From Enoplolaimus lenunculus (taxonomy: Eukaryota), in NCBI GenBank assembly GCA_030248215.1, contig JASANG010003525.1, forward strand, positions 124,001 through 188,000: a stretch of 64,000 bases of DNA, read 5' to 3'. Positions within the stretch are counted from its first letter, which is position 1. The number at the start of each line of letters is the position of its first letter. A program made the translations under genes and the position numbers. Below are positions 1 to 14,100 of this stretch, piece by piece. The notes under the pieces were generated by a model that was not told the origin of the DNA, did not search any database, and was given only the letters and a program-made list of their open reading frames with translations.

Positions 1-1331
1 TTTGCTAACGTCCAGCGCCGTCCGTCACCTGTCCGGCGTCCGTCACCCTGCGGTATTGTACGCAAATAACTCACGTACGATGCCGTGTAGTCACGGACGA
101 TGATGGACGGCGCCGCACAAGTATAGTGCAACCCTAAAAGTTGAAATTTCAAGACAATTTTTGTGCATACTGCGTATAACCATTTGTCTAAACAAAAAAT
201 ATAAGGTTCGGGTTTTAGTAATAAATTTAGACAATTTTGTTTTGTTGCACGTTGGCTATAATTGTCGGAAGACGCTGTGAAAATTTATTACGCAATAGCG
301 CAAATTTTGTATCTTTCAAACCCCACCAAGAGTCACACTGTTAACTCTGACTACAACACACAGCAATTATGGTTGTTAACTTTTTTAATTCAGAAAATAC
401 AAAACAAAAATTATAGCAACATCATTTTACTTAAATTGATTGCATAATTTCGTTCTCGGTATAGTATAAAAGTTGTCAGAAACTTATTTTAAACAAAAAA
501 AAACTTTTTCGCTAAATCCGTAAACGAAGTCTGACGTGTTTCTTGGCGACAAGACATTTTATTGTATGCAGTAAATTTGACAATCACACAACTCTGTAAA
601 GTCCGAACCGGATTCAAATTCAATACAACGGTACCATTTGATACTGTGAGCGCTTACGCCAGGTTCTTAACTGCAAACGATAATTTGATTCGTGTAAGGC
701 TGTAAGGGTTGTGATGTAATCAGATATTCATTTTCGTTTTTGTTAAACAATCACTATACCGTAGTACGGAACAAATTGCCACGCCAGGTACAATCGGATG
801 TCTGACTTCGACTTCGGCAGAAAATCGACATCCAGCTCAAGTAGAATTTCTATCAGAGGTTTCGACACTTTTGGTAGTTAAATTTTGCATAGTTTTACTG
901 AATTTGTTTGTTGCGTTTCGTTTTAATAGCTTTTGGTACAATTCTGAGGAAAACGCTTTTTCGCATCCGGTTGCACCCTGCGGATGCGGAAATTGTTAAA
1001 CAATCTGGTCTTCAGTTCTGAATAGCGAAACTGGATATTCAAAAATTTATTTACTAAATTTTGGTTGTCTGAACGATAGCACATATTTTAGTTGATTTTC
1101 AAGACACACAAGTTTTATATTAGGCTACAATACGACATACTTCAAAACAGAAAGTTTAGTTGGGCGAAACCGCAGAACAACCAATTACATAGGCATAAAT
1201 TTCGCTCATTTTACAAACACTCGACGGCGCTGCACAGTTACCCTTAGAAGACAAACGGAGCAACTTGCTTAACATGTATTACAACAAAAAGACTCAATGG
1301 CTTGGTTCCTGAAATCTTACTTAAGTATTTA

Positions 1332-1729
1332 CTGTAGTGACCCGAATAAGAGGGGGACTGATAGTTATTTGGCCTCTCCAGATGGCACCCCCCGGTTATT
1401 TGACTACGGACTGTTACTCATTTTTAACTGGCCACTCGCCGCCCTGCGTTACTGATATATATCTGATATTGCAAATGTCAGTCGAATTAAGCGTTTATAT
1501 GTCTTGCGATAATGCAAAGTTATACTTAAGAATGTACTTTAAAACTTAAGTACGCTTTAGATTCGAACTCAACTTTATTTGGTCCTGGAGTTATTTGTAC
1601 GTTAAAGTTAGGGAAAATGGACACTTATGGACTCTAATTAGGGTTCAAAAACTCTATCCGCTTACGGACTCTTCAGGGATACGGTCTCCGATTTAAAATG
1701 GGGGCACACTCTTGTTAGGGTCACTACAG
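1332..1729 (+). mobile_element. Family A MITE (Tc1/mariner/pogo-like, TA TSD)
   Basis: TIR CTGTAGTGACCC...GGGTCACTACAG flanked by TA; at least 8 related copies in the window. Confidence 0.8.
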
Positions 1730-2027
1730 TATATATTTACATATGTTATACTTAAGTTATATTTGTTCACGCCGCCGACTTAAGTAAATACTTAACGTTT
1801 GTGCAAAAACAAAACCGCCAAATTTGAGCCATTGTCATAACATATATATTAATGGAGGCACTATGAGTCTACAATTTCATTTAGACCAAGGTTAATATGC
1901 ATAACCTGTTTATTTGTAATACATCAAATTTAGTGAGTGACTTACGAATTTACTTGACTTAATTACGCGTTTAAGAACGACAAAATGGTTAACTGCTTAC
2001 CACATTCTTAGTACTAACTTGTACTTA

Positions 2028-2413
2028 CCGTAGTGACCAGAATAAGAGGGGGACTGATATTTATTTGGCCTCTCCAGATGGTACTCTCTTGTTGTTCGGT
2101 TACGGACTGTTATTTATTTTTAACCCGTACTCCGGCGCCCTTCGTTACCGATATATGCGGTATTGTTTCAAAAGCTTGAGCGATAATACTATGTTATACT
2201 AAGGAACTTAAGTATGCTTTAAGGTTTCGAACTCAACTTTATTTTGTCCGGAAATCATTTATGCACAATTAGGGATTATAATTCATTCGCTCAAATTAGG
2301 GTTTAAGGACTTTATCCGCTTACGGACTGTTATTAGAAATACGAACTCCTATTAATTGGGACTTAAAATGGGACCCCCTCTTGTTACCTCCCCTCTTATT
2401 CGGGTCACTACAG
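2028..2413 (+). mobile_element. Family A MITE
   Basis: TA|CCGTAGTGACCAGAATAAGAG...CTCTTATTCGGGTCACTACAG|TA. Confidence 0.8.
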
Positions 2414-5257
2414 TAAGTAAACTTTCAGAAATCCAGCCAATTTTCAAAGCTATCCATCTTTCAAATTCAAAACTTTCTTAGAAATTCAAGAATGTAAAGA
2501 CGTGTATTGAAATTTCCAGACAATGTTAAATTTAAATGTTCATATGCTGCTGGTTTATCAGCAGAACTAAGAAAGTTTTCAATTTTGATTCACAACAATC
2601 GTTTCGAAACGGAATATCAATCTTGCGATGTCAAACAAAGCACGAATTAGATACACAACTTGCTGGAGTATTAAATTAGGAGCGGGGCATACGGTGGACA
2701 ACACACGGAATATACAAATAACGACTATAATTATATAAACAGACATTATAAGCATAGAATGTAAAATAAGCGTTTCATTAATTGCAAATATCAGGGCTCC
2801 AACGGAATTCCGATTCCGGCTAAAATTTAGATCAAAGGGTTCCGATTCCAATTCCGACTAGCTGCTATCCCGATGTCGGTATTGTCCCTTTACGGTTATG
2901 AATTTTTAAGGTGATTGAACTTTGATTTTGCCTGTTGTTTCGTTCGTTTGCGCTTAATCTGAGTAAACATTCGCACTTGTTACTTGAATAGCATCTTGCA
3001 GGCAGAGCAAATTATGTAACTGCAACTGAAAACGTTAATTTGTACCTTTAAACGAATAACAAAATATTAACTTTAAATTCTGTTTCATACAGGCACACAT
3101 ATTATCCCCACAAATTTTCAAATATAGCTCGATATTTGGTCCGACAATCCTAGTTGAAGATATGTATTCACTTTATCTGCTGTATTTTAGATTTTCAGAA
3201 TCCACGGCAGCGAAATCTACCTTCGATATTTTATTCTCGGCAAATGTCAAGGTTTGCTTACTATACTAATGAAATCTATTTCATTTTTAGCAAAACATCT
3301 TAACTTCCACAAACAAAATTTTGATACCGGAATTTTTAATTCCGGTAAAAATTTAACGGAACCGAAAGGTGAAAAAGTGCCAGAACCAGAATTCCTGTTA
3401 AAATATGGCTTCCGACAAAATGTACTTCCGATTGAAACCCTGGCAAATATCATTAATGCTTGCGAAAACTTGTAATATACCATACGGTGACGGACGGCGC
3501 CGAACGTCGACAGACGTTGTCAATCAACTCTTGACGTTTAATACTGAAACAATGAACGAATTATGTTTACGTTAGAAACCTAAAAAATTTTGATGAATAT
3601 AGGAATCAGTTATTTACCTCATCATTACATTTATAACCCATTAGTATATATCTGCGACCAAGACTTGAGTTCGTTGCCGTTCTCTTGCAACCTTAACTTT
3701 TACGCTAATTCAAAATCTATCATACAGGAAAAATTTGAACTAACATATGGATGGTATAAATTTTCAAAGTTTATTTACTGTTTAAAATTGAACTCAAAAC
3801 CAGCCAACTAACATTCATTAGATTCTAAGCCACCGAGATCCAATACAGAACTCAAAACAGCTTGTTAGAATAACGATAGGCACAAAACATTACAAACATA
3901 CAAACAACACTTTGATAACAGTACATATTACCAAGAGTGGATGATGCATACTTCAACAAGAGTATGTGTACCCAGCGCACGTTGCGTTGTCTGACCGACC
4001 TTCTTATTTAGAAGGGGTGGTACGTTGAACAAATATTTTGAATTTTAGCTAAAGTCGCTCCAGTAATATTCTTAAAACCCGAGTCACACGTGCAAGTTTT
4101 TGCTGCGAAAACTTGCAGCTGCAACTTGCACTTGCAAGTTTGTCTAAAATCCCGTTCGAAAAACTTGCAGCTGTAAATAATTCATTAAAATTCAAAGCTA
4201 TAAATTTAGTCCACATGTGTGAATAACCATACAAATTCAGTGAATTTATTGAATCCGGTTTCTTATTGGCTGATGAAAAAATGCAAGTTCTGTGTGCAAT
4301 TTACAGCTGCAAGGTTTAGACGCAAAAACTTGTACGTGTGAATAGGGCTTTACTCCTGCGTTTACTATATGGTTTAAGTGGTGACCAACCCCACCCACGC
4401 AATTTACGATAAATGGGCAAAAATACATTTGAACCATGTGGAACCCCAGTAGTTGCACACTATTGTCTAACAGTGATCATTCACTCTTGATATAACCGCA
4501 AAAGCCAACAACTTAATTTACAATTTCTAGAAATAGACGTTATTTCGTAAAAACTATAAACAATTATAGTAACGCTCAAAACAGTACGTAACTGAATGAA
4601 AACAAATGCCAGTACTACCGATTTGGGTTTTTGAGGCACCTCGACACTCCACAGTAACATTTTTTCCTCGAGTGTCACCGACTGCTGCCAACTGTTGTCA
4701 AAATTAAAAAAACCCGTAACTTCGAAATTAGCAGCGGACCAATTTCTCATTGTTCAAATCGGCGGACGATAAACCTGCCTAAACCTAAGCCTAAACCTAT
4801 AAAGTTTCCATAATTCCGCCACGAGCGTAAATGTTTCACTTTTTGACACGAAACATGTTTCAGTATACTTGCACAAATACAACTGTTTGTCACCAAAACA
4901 TTTACGCAGTCGTTTCTCAAACTACTGGCGAACATTTACATTTCAAACAACTTACACCAATTCATGGCACACAGGCGAATGGTGCCTTGAGTAACGTTCT
5001 GAACTGCCATTGAGTACCGCTACGACATAACACAAAGAAAGCGAAAAAAAAAGCTAAATTGCACACAAACAATAACATTATTTTAATTTAAACTAGCACT
5101 GGAATACAAACAACATATTTAAACCAAACACCATCAAATATTATTCCACCTAAAAGCATAATCAGCTAATCAGCCGGTATTCCAGCAATCTATAAACATG
5201 CCAACTTACATAATCAGCTCTAACTGTGTATAAACACCTCGAGGTCTCTTTCGATTG

Positions 5258-5437
5258 ATATCTATATCTATCTACCTATCTATCTATATCTATCTATCTA
5301 TATCTATCTATCTATATCTATCTATCTATCTATATCTATCTATATATATCTATCTATCTATATCTATCTATCTATCTATATCTATCTATCTATATCTATC
5401 TATCTATCTCTATTTATCTATCTATCTATTTATCTAT
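5258..5437. repeat. (ATCT/ATATCT)n microsatellite
   Basis: Directly visible. Confidence 0.95.
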
Positions 5438-5893
5438 TTCTCACAATCTTCGACTTTAATACTACAAACTTGGATTTCAGTTACACTAAACAAATATTTC
5501 GTGGATTCGACCCACATAAACATCACTGGGCGCAACGGTTTTCTACAGAACTGCAATAGAATAACCTTAAGCTTTAGACTATTATTTTTCGCTTAAGCGT
5601 TGGTATAAGTTCACTTTTGCACTTAGGCTTAGGTTTAAGGAAAATGCTTATACTACTGTTACCGCCCTGTTCTGCACGTTGTCAAATACGCTTTCTATAT
5701 CTGTTGCGTACTATTCTCAAAAGGTTTTTATTTCGTTGTATCCGACTATTGGCGCGAACACAAGTTACAAACCGTAAAACCCATTCACCAAAAAAATGTA
5801 CCGTCCATCTCAACAGCATAAGCTTCACTACTTCACTAGGCAAAGCTAATACAACACACAAAAACAGCACTGCGCAATATACAAACAATCAAC

Positions 5894-6061
5894 CAGTGGC
5901 GGATCCAGGATCTGAAAATGGGGGCAAAATTTCACAGGTAATAAACTTATTTTTGACCCACACACAAACCACGAACTATTGCCATAAAATTGCTATATAA
6001 TTTTTGTCGAGATGCTGTTGGATGGGCATGCCCGAGGTGGCCCCCCATGGATCCGCCATTG
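5894..6061 (+). mobile_element. hAT-type MITE (family F)
   Basis: TIR CAGTGGCGGATCC/GGATCCGCCATTG; perfect 8-bp TSD CAATCAAC. Confidence 0.85.
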
Positions 6062-7794
6062 CAATCAACACTTCACTACTGTCAAATTTTCAGTTCTTTG
6101 ATTAGCTGAATCCAAAATACTCAACATTACGAGCACAGCAGCGAATGCCCGTTTTTAAGATAGGTACAAGTAATAGTTTCGGACAGCACCTGTATATTAC
6201 TCGATTCTCCGATCCCCAAAACTTTCTGCACGGTCAGCAACCAACATAGCGACATCAAACGGCAAACGGATACCTGCTCAGGGATGGGCGGTCCCAGTCT
6301 CCGACTCTGTCTCGGCAAGTCTGTTGATTTCGCTGGTCTCGGTCTCGGTCTTCCTTTTTCTGAGTCTCAGTGGTTTGCAAATTGAGACCAAAAGAGGTGA
6401 AAAAGCGATAAACAATAGCTATTAGCTATGTTAGTTTGAGTGGAAGAAAGGACATAGCAATGTTTTACTCGTATTTTGGACTAAATGAATCTACGTGAAC
6501 CACTTAAAAGTATATACTTGTTTACTTTCCTCCACACTAAGGCTCAAGTTCCCCTAAATCGATTTTTTATTACACTATAAGATGGATGGCTTAGGGTTAG
6601 GTTTACGCATCAGCTTGGGCACGGACGTGCGAAAGTAAACAAGTAAATAAAATTGCACAGCACAAGCAAAGTGAATGTGCTTTATAGAGAGTTGATCATT
6701 AAGTAATGTATTCATTAATCTTGGCACTGGTAGTCGCATGTAATCCGCTTAAGTTCATTTCATATGTGTGCAACGTGTCTTATAATTGGAGTTGGTGATA
6801 GTATTGTGAAAGGCCAATCGTTGTGCGTGTACCATCATTCTTACGTGATAAGTAAAGTGAAAAATAAAGTTCGGCGGCGAATTACTAGTTTAACTGCTAT
6901 ACACTTCCGTAAATGAGATAAGGGAGGTAAGCATAAAACAAAACACACACTGGGTCATTCCTTCGTGTAGGGATTGTAACCAGTTGCATGCTCTTGTAAG
7001 AAAACCATTATACGCTCTTGGTGTTACCAAGAATGGGTGATGATTTTTTCGCAAAAGTACTAAACTGGGTACATTCTGCGTAGCGAGGAATATTCCCAGT
7101 GCGCGTCGCGTTTTTGGCCTATAGCCTTTTATTCGGGGGATGTTCGAGCATTTATCTAAGTATTAATGGTTAAGTAAAATCATTGACCCGCGCGTACTCA
7201 TATTTTTTATGCTGCAAGCAAAACTTCCCATCAAATAAGGGGGTACGGACAAAACGCAACATGTGTTGGTATATTTTGCACCACTCACTTTTTGGTTCGA
7301 TACATACTGTTGTTTAACGAGTCATTATCGACGGTTAGTCTTATAAAGCAAGCGATGCAAAAAATGACGGTATTTTCAAAACGAAAGCACATTTTTCCGC
7401 CAAGAATATTTACAAAATTTTTCATTCAGTAGTTGCTTGCTAAAAGAATGCTTTTGATTGTTCACAGAAAAGCACAATTATTTCGTAAACAAAGTTCAAC
7501 CGCTTCAAGTTATACAAAAGATGTATTCCACATAACCTTTACACACGAAAAGATAACATAAACAGTGGCCCTATTATGTCACAAATATTATATACAATTT
7601 TACAACAATATGCTTCAAGGTCGATCTGGTATAGCGAACGACCATACTTTCCATATATAAACACGGTCATATCAATTGTCACAATTTTCCAGCCTGAAGC
7701 TTTTACCACACTATTTATAATTTTTGACTGTTTATTCTTCTATCTGGCACCGCATGCCGTATTGTCAATCCAAAACTTCAGTACAAACCACAAT

Positions 7795-8123
7795 TTATTC
7801 CACAATGTCCACAACTACCACTTCATCAGTGCCTCTTTCACTGGCTCCGGTACTCGCCATCAGACTTCCACTAGTTTGCTTGCGGCATACCTGATTGCTA
7901 GCCATCTCGCTCCAGACAGGAGGCAATCCAACCGCAGCTCTTGCTTGACTTCGGCTCAGTTGTCTCTCAAGGGTTGCAATTCTCAATTTCATACGTCGAA
8001 TCACTGTGTTTACTTTTTTAAGACACATCGTACAAACACCATCGCATTCGTGATCGTTCGCCAAAAAAGCTCGTGAAAGCTCAACCGCTGCCGACTCTGT
8101 CATTGACGATACAGAATCAATGT
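7795..8123 (-). CDS. ZF gene terminal exon 11
   Basis: ttgtag|AC ATT GAT...GTG GAA TAA; encodes HECDGVCTMC, a heptad-like segment and terminal DEVVVVDIVE. Confidence 0.85.
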
Positions 8124-11100
8124 CTACAACACAAACAAAATTAAATATAAAGACATAAATTAAATCTACAAAAATTGAAGTAAACTCACAAATAAATTGA
8201 ACCTGTTACAGTACTGACGGTCAAATATTAACTATAAGAGCGTGCCGACTGGAACTTCCGATTCTCCCGGTGTCCCAATGTTCGGGTAAGTCTAAACCTA
8301 TCTCCCAGCAAGCTTAATTCTAAGCATATCTTCAATTCACAGTGTTCCAGTTTCCAATGGTCAGACCTTTACAATTAACATAGACCGTATTGCTAATACA
8401 CAACTACCGATGCCCGCAACACCAATAAATTAAACGTAACCATACATAAATTAGCAAAAGTCAAATGTACATATATAACTTTAAACATGTTACAATAACA
8501 GTCAGGGTATTATCAGTCGAGGTTTCCGGATAAGTTTAGAGGGCCAAAATTAAATACTGTATGCTTATAAGTACAACATTTTAGTAACAAACTACACTTC
8601 CTGTTCTATCTCACGCGCTAGTGGTAAACTTCAACACTCATAAAATCAAGCGATTAATTTCATGTAAAATGTTGACAATCAGAAACAAATCATTTTGCAA
8701 CTTTCTACGGATTGTTAAAACTGTCGAGAATTTGTTCAACGGCGCCATAAAAATCAATGAAAAAACTCACCACTTTCGGCTTCACAAGCAAGCTCCGATC
8801 CTTGCCCACTGGAATCGGCAGTAGCCGCTTCAGAATCATTGAGCCGACTACCTTTATCACTTGCTTGACGCGGTCCAATGTCACCGCGTACAGACATTTC
8901 GGCATCCCGCGCAATTTTGGGTATACTCCGACTAGCTATGTCATAATTGTCTGTTCTACGCACGCATACACTTGAACGCTTAATTGCTGTCTCGATCAGT
9001 TCTGCGAGTAGCCGTTTGATTGTATTTGGAGCTGGAATCGTTAACAAATTGCGATATATATTAGCAACAAGAGCCGACGACGGTAGAAATGTCTTTCCAG
9101 TGGATGCACCGGAACTAGTTTGTGAGGTTATTCCTTGGACCGGCGTTCTTGAGACCCTGTTCCGTCTCCCTGGGGACACTTGCGTGGGCGAAACTAAAGA
9201 AAACTGTCTCATGGCAGGGATGCTATCTGCTGTGGAGACACCAATCGGGCTCGCATGATCAGATCCAGAGTGTGACTTTTCATAACTGAATTCAGGTTGA
9301 CACTCCAGCACTTGTATCGCCGGATCTGGTTCTGTGTCAATTGCGATTTCAACTGGACAATAACGGCCTCGTTTAGGCCTGGTTGGAATAGGCAACGGAG
9401 ATTTTATAACAGCCGCAGCGGGCCGTTTACGAGTACCAGGAGATATCTAGAATAACAAAACGTATATAAACGATTGCAAAACCGGTCTTTATCAATTAAT
9501 TCAAAACATGCAAGGTTTAGCGTGGCACTTTTTACCATACCTTCTCAAACCCAATTTGATAGAATTATTCTATTTGGAACCCAATGTGTGTCATTGACGA
9601 ATGAGATTAGTTCGAAAATGTGTTGCTACAAAAAGCAAACAAATCCAAATATGGAGACATTACATTTCTGATCAGGAATTTTTATATTATTATTGTGTCA
9701 GTAATACATACCACTTCCTCAAAGCATTGTTTAAAATCATAGTAAACTCAACAGCACAACGAAAATTCAAATTTTTAAAAACTGTCTATCTCTGTGTATT
9801 AACAAATTCGCGTGTCCTGCCATGCCCAACAACTGTTTACCTTTGCATTTACCATAATAATGTCTTCATCATCGGCACTGGAACATTCCACAGTTGCTTC
9901 ATCATGCTCCCGAATCTCACTTTGGCTCTCAGTAACACTAACCGTACCTAAACCAGCTGTGCTCGTATTTTCACAAGTGCTTTGCAAACAGTCGCCACCG
10001 CTCAATTCCTGAGAAACTCCACTTTCTTCTGACTTTTTGCCATCAAGTTGCAGCAACTTAGTTGTCGAATCAGTCTCAATACTGGAACTAGCCGGTAAAT
10101 CAGGCTCGGATGAAAAAGAATCATGCAGATTCGTAACTGCTGCCGCCGTATTTCTACGTGATACAGCGGTTGCTGCCGTTCTTTTGGTTGGTGAATTTGC
10201 TAAAGTATCCCAAAACGCGTCTTTATCTTGCACGCCTGGATGCGATATGTCTAGAATTATAACAAAGCAAACATATTTTAGTAATTTCTCTGTAGAATTT
10301 TTGTTTTTGTCCAAATAGCTGAAAAGTTTTTGACATTATACGTACTACTTTCTAAAACTGTGGGAAAAACAAACTTGCTATACTTTCAACGTTGAAGTTG
10401 TCACTCTTTTATACAACAGAGATCAATTTCAAAAGGCATGAACTTTCACAATACAATTTAGATACCTTCAACCTAATCAAACAACAGTAAAAAAACCTAA
10501 AAACGCCAATACCTTTATTGGCATCATTCAAATCTGTATCTTCTACCACCGATACATCTTCTGCAACCAAATCATTCATGTCATGCCCCTTTTTCCAAAC
10601 GCCTCCCTTCTCATCTTTATCTCTTCTACCACTATTATCAGTTCCGCTCGCTTTCATTTCGCCCCTGACATCACTCGCTCCCTCGGTATTACCTTCATCT
10701 TGCGCCTCGCCAACAGATGTTTCCACAATAGTCAATGAAGCCGTATCATCGTCATCGACAACCCCAAGCATTCCAGAATTCTCATCCCGACATGGCACTA
10801 ACGATCCAGTTGGTTCGTTATTTTTTATTTCATTCATTTCACCGTATACTTCGGATGACTCAACAATTTCAATATCGTTCCCATCATCGATTTCTTGATC
10901 TTCGGCCCTGCTACAAACACTAGTCGTAGAAGCGTCTCTCTGTTTCCTCACAATGGTTTGCGCAACCGCCGCTCGAACCCGTGCCGTGATTTCATTTACC
11001 GCCTGTCCAGACGGAAATGTAATTTCAGATTCAGCGGCTGTTATGCAACTCTCGCCGGATCTCAAATCATCAGGATAAGAACATCTGTCCTGTATTGACT

Positions 11101-14100
11101 CTAACTCACCCTGTAAGCAAGTGCCTACAACAGAACTTAGGCTTTTACCAACTACGCCTGCATCGGTACCCGCCATTTCGAGGTTCTTGTTCTTTTGATC
11201 CGAGCCTTCCTGTAGGACCGAAAGGCTTTGTTCGCTGTCTTCATTATCATCTATCGAAATTTGTTCTTCCGATATCTTTGACGTCGTATTGGATTCCCCT
11301 GTGCCACCAACATCAAGCTTCTCTTGCGGAATATAGTCAAAACACAATGCTTCAGCAATACGTGAACCAGCTGGCCGGACAACCTCGCAATGATTGTCTT
11401 CGATTTTCTAAAAATTAAGAAATTTTTTAATACTTTTAAAATTTGCATTGCAGTGTATGAACAGGTATGTAGCAACCAACACCGGAATCTGACAATCAAA
11501 ACAAATTGCTCAGGCCTGTTATCACATGTATATTACTATAGCTAGAACGCCCAACATACGTATTTTGGGCATCGTTCCAGCACAGAAGTAAACAAAGTTT
11601 TTGATAATACGTACAATATAACAACAAAGTTTTTGATAATACCATATAACATATTTATTCCCATAATTCTACATTCATCCACAGTTTCACATTCGTGCAA
11701 CTACGTTTGCTAGTATCCTTTTATTTTCCAGCAAACAAGGGTTTTAAATTTATATTATTATAGTTAGAACGCCCCACATAGGTATTTTGGGCATCGTTCC
11801 AGCACAGAAGTAAACAAAGTTTTTGATAATACAATATAACATAATCGCAAAATTTTACGTTCATCTACAGTTTCACATCCGTGTAACTACGTTTGCTAGC
11901 ATCCTATTATTTCCCAGCAAACATGGGTTTTAAATTGGTTAAAAACGTAAACTTGCCAATCACAAATAACGTGCCGTGAACTACAAAAACTAACAGCTTC
12001 TCAACCAAATACCACAAATCAAGCAAAAAGAGAGTATGTACTCAGTTTAGTTAGGAATATAACATTAGTTACATTTTTGCAAAAATGTACAGGGATCCTG
12101 TGCGTTCTATTCTGACTCTCAATATTTTCCCTGTCGCGAAAGTGAGCTTCCCTGTTGTTCTTCATTTACACTATGGTAATAAAACTGTAGCACAACATCC
12201 AAGTTTACTACTTAGGTTTGGGCTACACTTGTCGCGCGGCGCCGTCCGTCACCATGCGGCATCATACGTTAGCAATTCATGCACGATGCCGCAAGGCGAC
12301 GTAGATGCACGTGGAAAACAAAAGTTAGCAGAAAAGAAGTTGGATTTTCGATGTTTTGATCAGTTAGAAGTAAATAAAATCTCCCCTGTTGGAATGGTGC
12401 CAATTGTCACTGTTTGTCCTGTAGCGCCGGAAAACATTACGTAGCAAACAAAACAATTTGACCCAAACCATTTATACCTAACCGATATCTAAAACTCCAG
12501 TAACAGGACTCTTACCTTCGCTTTCATAACCTTGCCATCTGGCTCGTCCAATGCCAACTCTATGTCATCATCTTCAATTGTCAACCACTGCGCGTCTTCA
12601 TCTCCTTCTAAATCCACCATATCACTACCGATTCCATCGCCAATGTTAGACTTAGCCCCTTTCTGGCGGCAGCTCTGACCTTCGCCTTCCATGACGGTTG
12701 TTGTACCACCACTAGCACCACCACCAAACGTTCTCATAGGCCGCCTACCAGCTGCTTGCTCTTCCACTGGATCAATTTCATCAAGTATCATAACATCTTC
12801 CAGTCGTGTTGGCGATTCGTCTTGTGTCCAACTTTCAATATTGCTTTCATCGCTAATTTGTTCCGTTGGCTTCCACGAAGGTTCACGCCAGCCGTGACGT
12901 TGTCGCGATCGATTATGAGTTCGTTGTTCGCGGCGCATACGCCGACGTGATACTGCTAAAAATAAATTTTTATACAATTTAAGCTATATAACTAAAGGTG
13001 GAACGCATAACATGCGTATTTCAATTTTTAAACATCGTTCCAGCATAGAACAACTAAAGTTTGTTTTTGTAATGTATGTATACGTTTTGACCGTTAAACA
13101 GTAATTTACATATTTATGCTAGATTGTGAGCCCACATTGCAACTTTTTTAACTTTAAAACCTACATTAGGTGGAGCCCCCAATATGTTCTCTGTTACCAA
13201 TGATAGTACGGTTTTATGTAATTTAGCAAGCAGTTCGAAATTTAACAAGATGCTCGACAATCAAGTACACATCTGTTAAACCTAACTAACTGCTGTAAAT
13301 CTACGAGCAGCGAAAATAAGGTGTCGCCCAACAAAAATAAATAATAACCAGTCGTGGTGAAACTACATGTATTGAGCGAAGCTCGAACACGCAAATTAAT
13401 TATTAGCTAACTATTTATTTGTCGGTTTTGGAGGTTTGTAAACAATTTATTCAGATTCCTCGCTCCCAAAGACCCTTCAGTAACCCTACTAATTAATAAT
13501 AGGCACTTTTCGTGAGTATCGGCATCGGCACTGCAAAAAATTGCCGATTCTTTGTCGATACTTTTTGCACATATAACTGGCAAATTGATGCTATCAGTTT
13601 CATTTCTGGGCGCATATCTTTGAGTCTGGTAAGGAAACCTGTTATCTCTTTTGCGTTTGTGCTTGAAAAAATTCATTGAAATGAATCGTTCTTATAAAAT
13701 TCTAATCATTTATGATGTTTAGGGTTTAGGTCTGCATATAATGATGTAATGCGGTGTCCTATCTGTTTATTAAGCATGGTATATTATAGTTGTAATCGGC
13801 ATCGGCATCGGTTCGGCATCGGAAAATTTCAAAACAAGAATCGGCGGCGGAATCGGCATCGCCAGAAATTTTGATATTGGCACATCCCTACCAATAATTA
13901 GTAAAATAAGTTATTATTTACGCTCATCAATTAAACAAATATGGAAATTAACCATAGCTAACTATTCTATTATCGGTTTTGAACGTTTGTAGACAATTTA
14001 TCAATTTATTCAGCTTCCTCGCACCCGAAAACCCATTACTGCTGAAATTAGATTGCTTATAACCCTAATAATTAGTGAAATATTGTAAAAACTCCGAATC

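Larger units (their letters stand above)
1299..2438. mobile_element. Host MITE (family E) carrying two family A insertions
   Basis: Termini GGCTTGGTTCCTGAAA / TTTCAGAAATCCAGCC; an uninterrupted relative lies at ~52945-53130. Confidence 0.6.

Noticed and set aside
1337..1549. Recurrent MTRIRGG... ORFs (also 52072, 60196)
   Set aside because: They lie within family A MITE copies, and the frame is not preserved across copies.
5255..5596. 113-aa ISIYL-repeat ORF
   Set aside because: ATCT microsatellite running into a MITE.
8757..12950. Plus-strand ORFs overlapping the ZF gene exons
   Set aside because: Antisense shadows of real coding exons; no independent splice or domain evidence.
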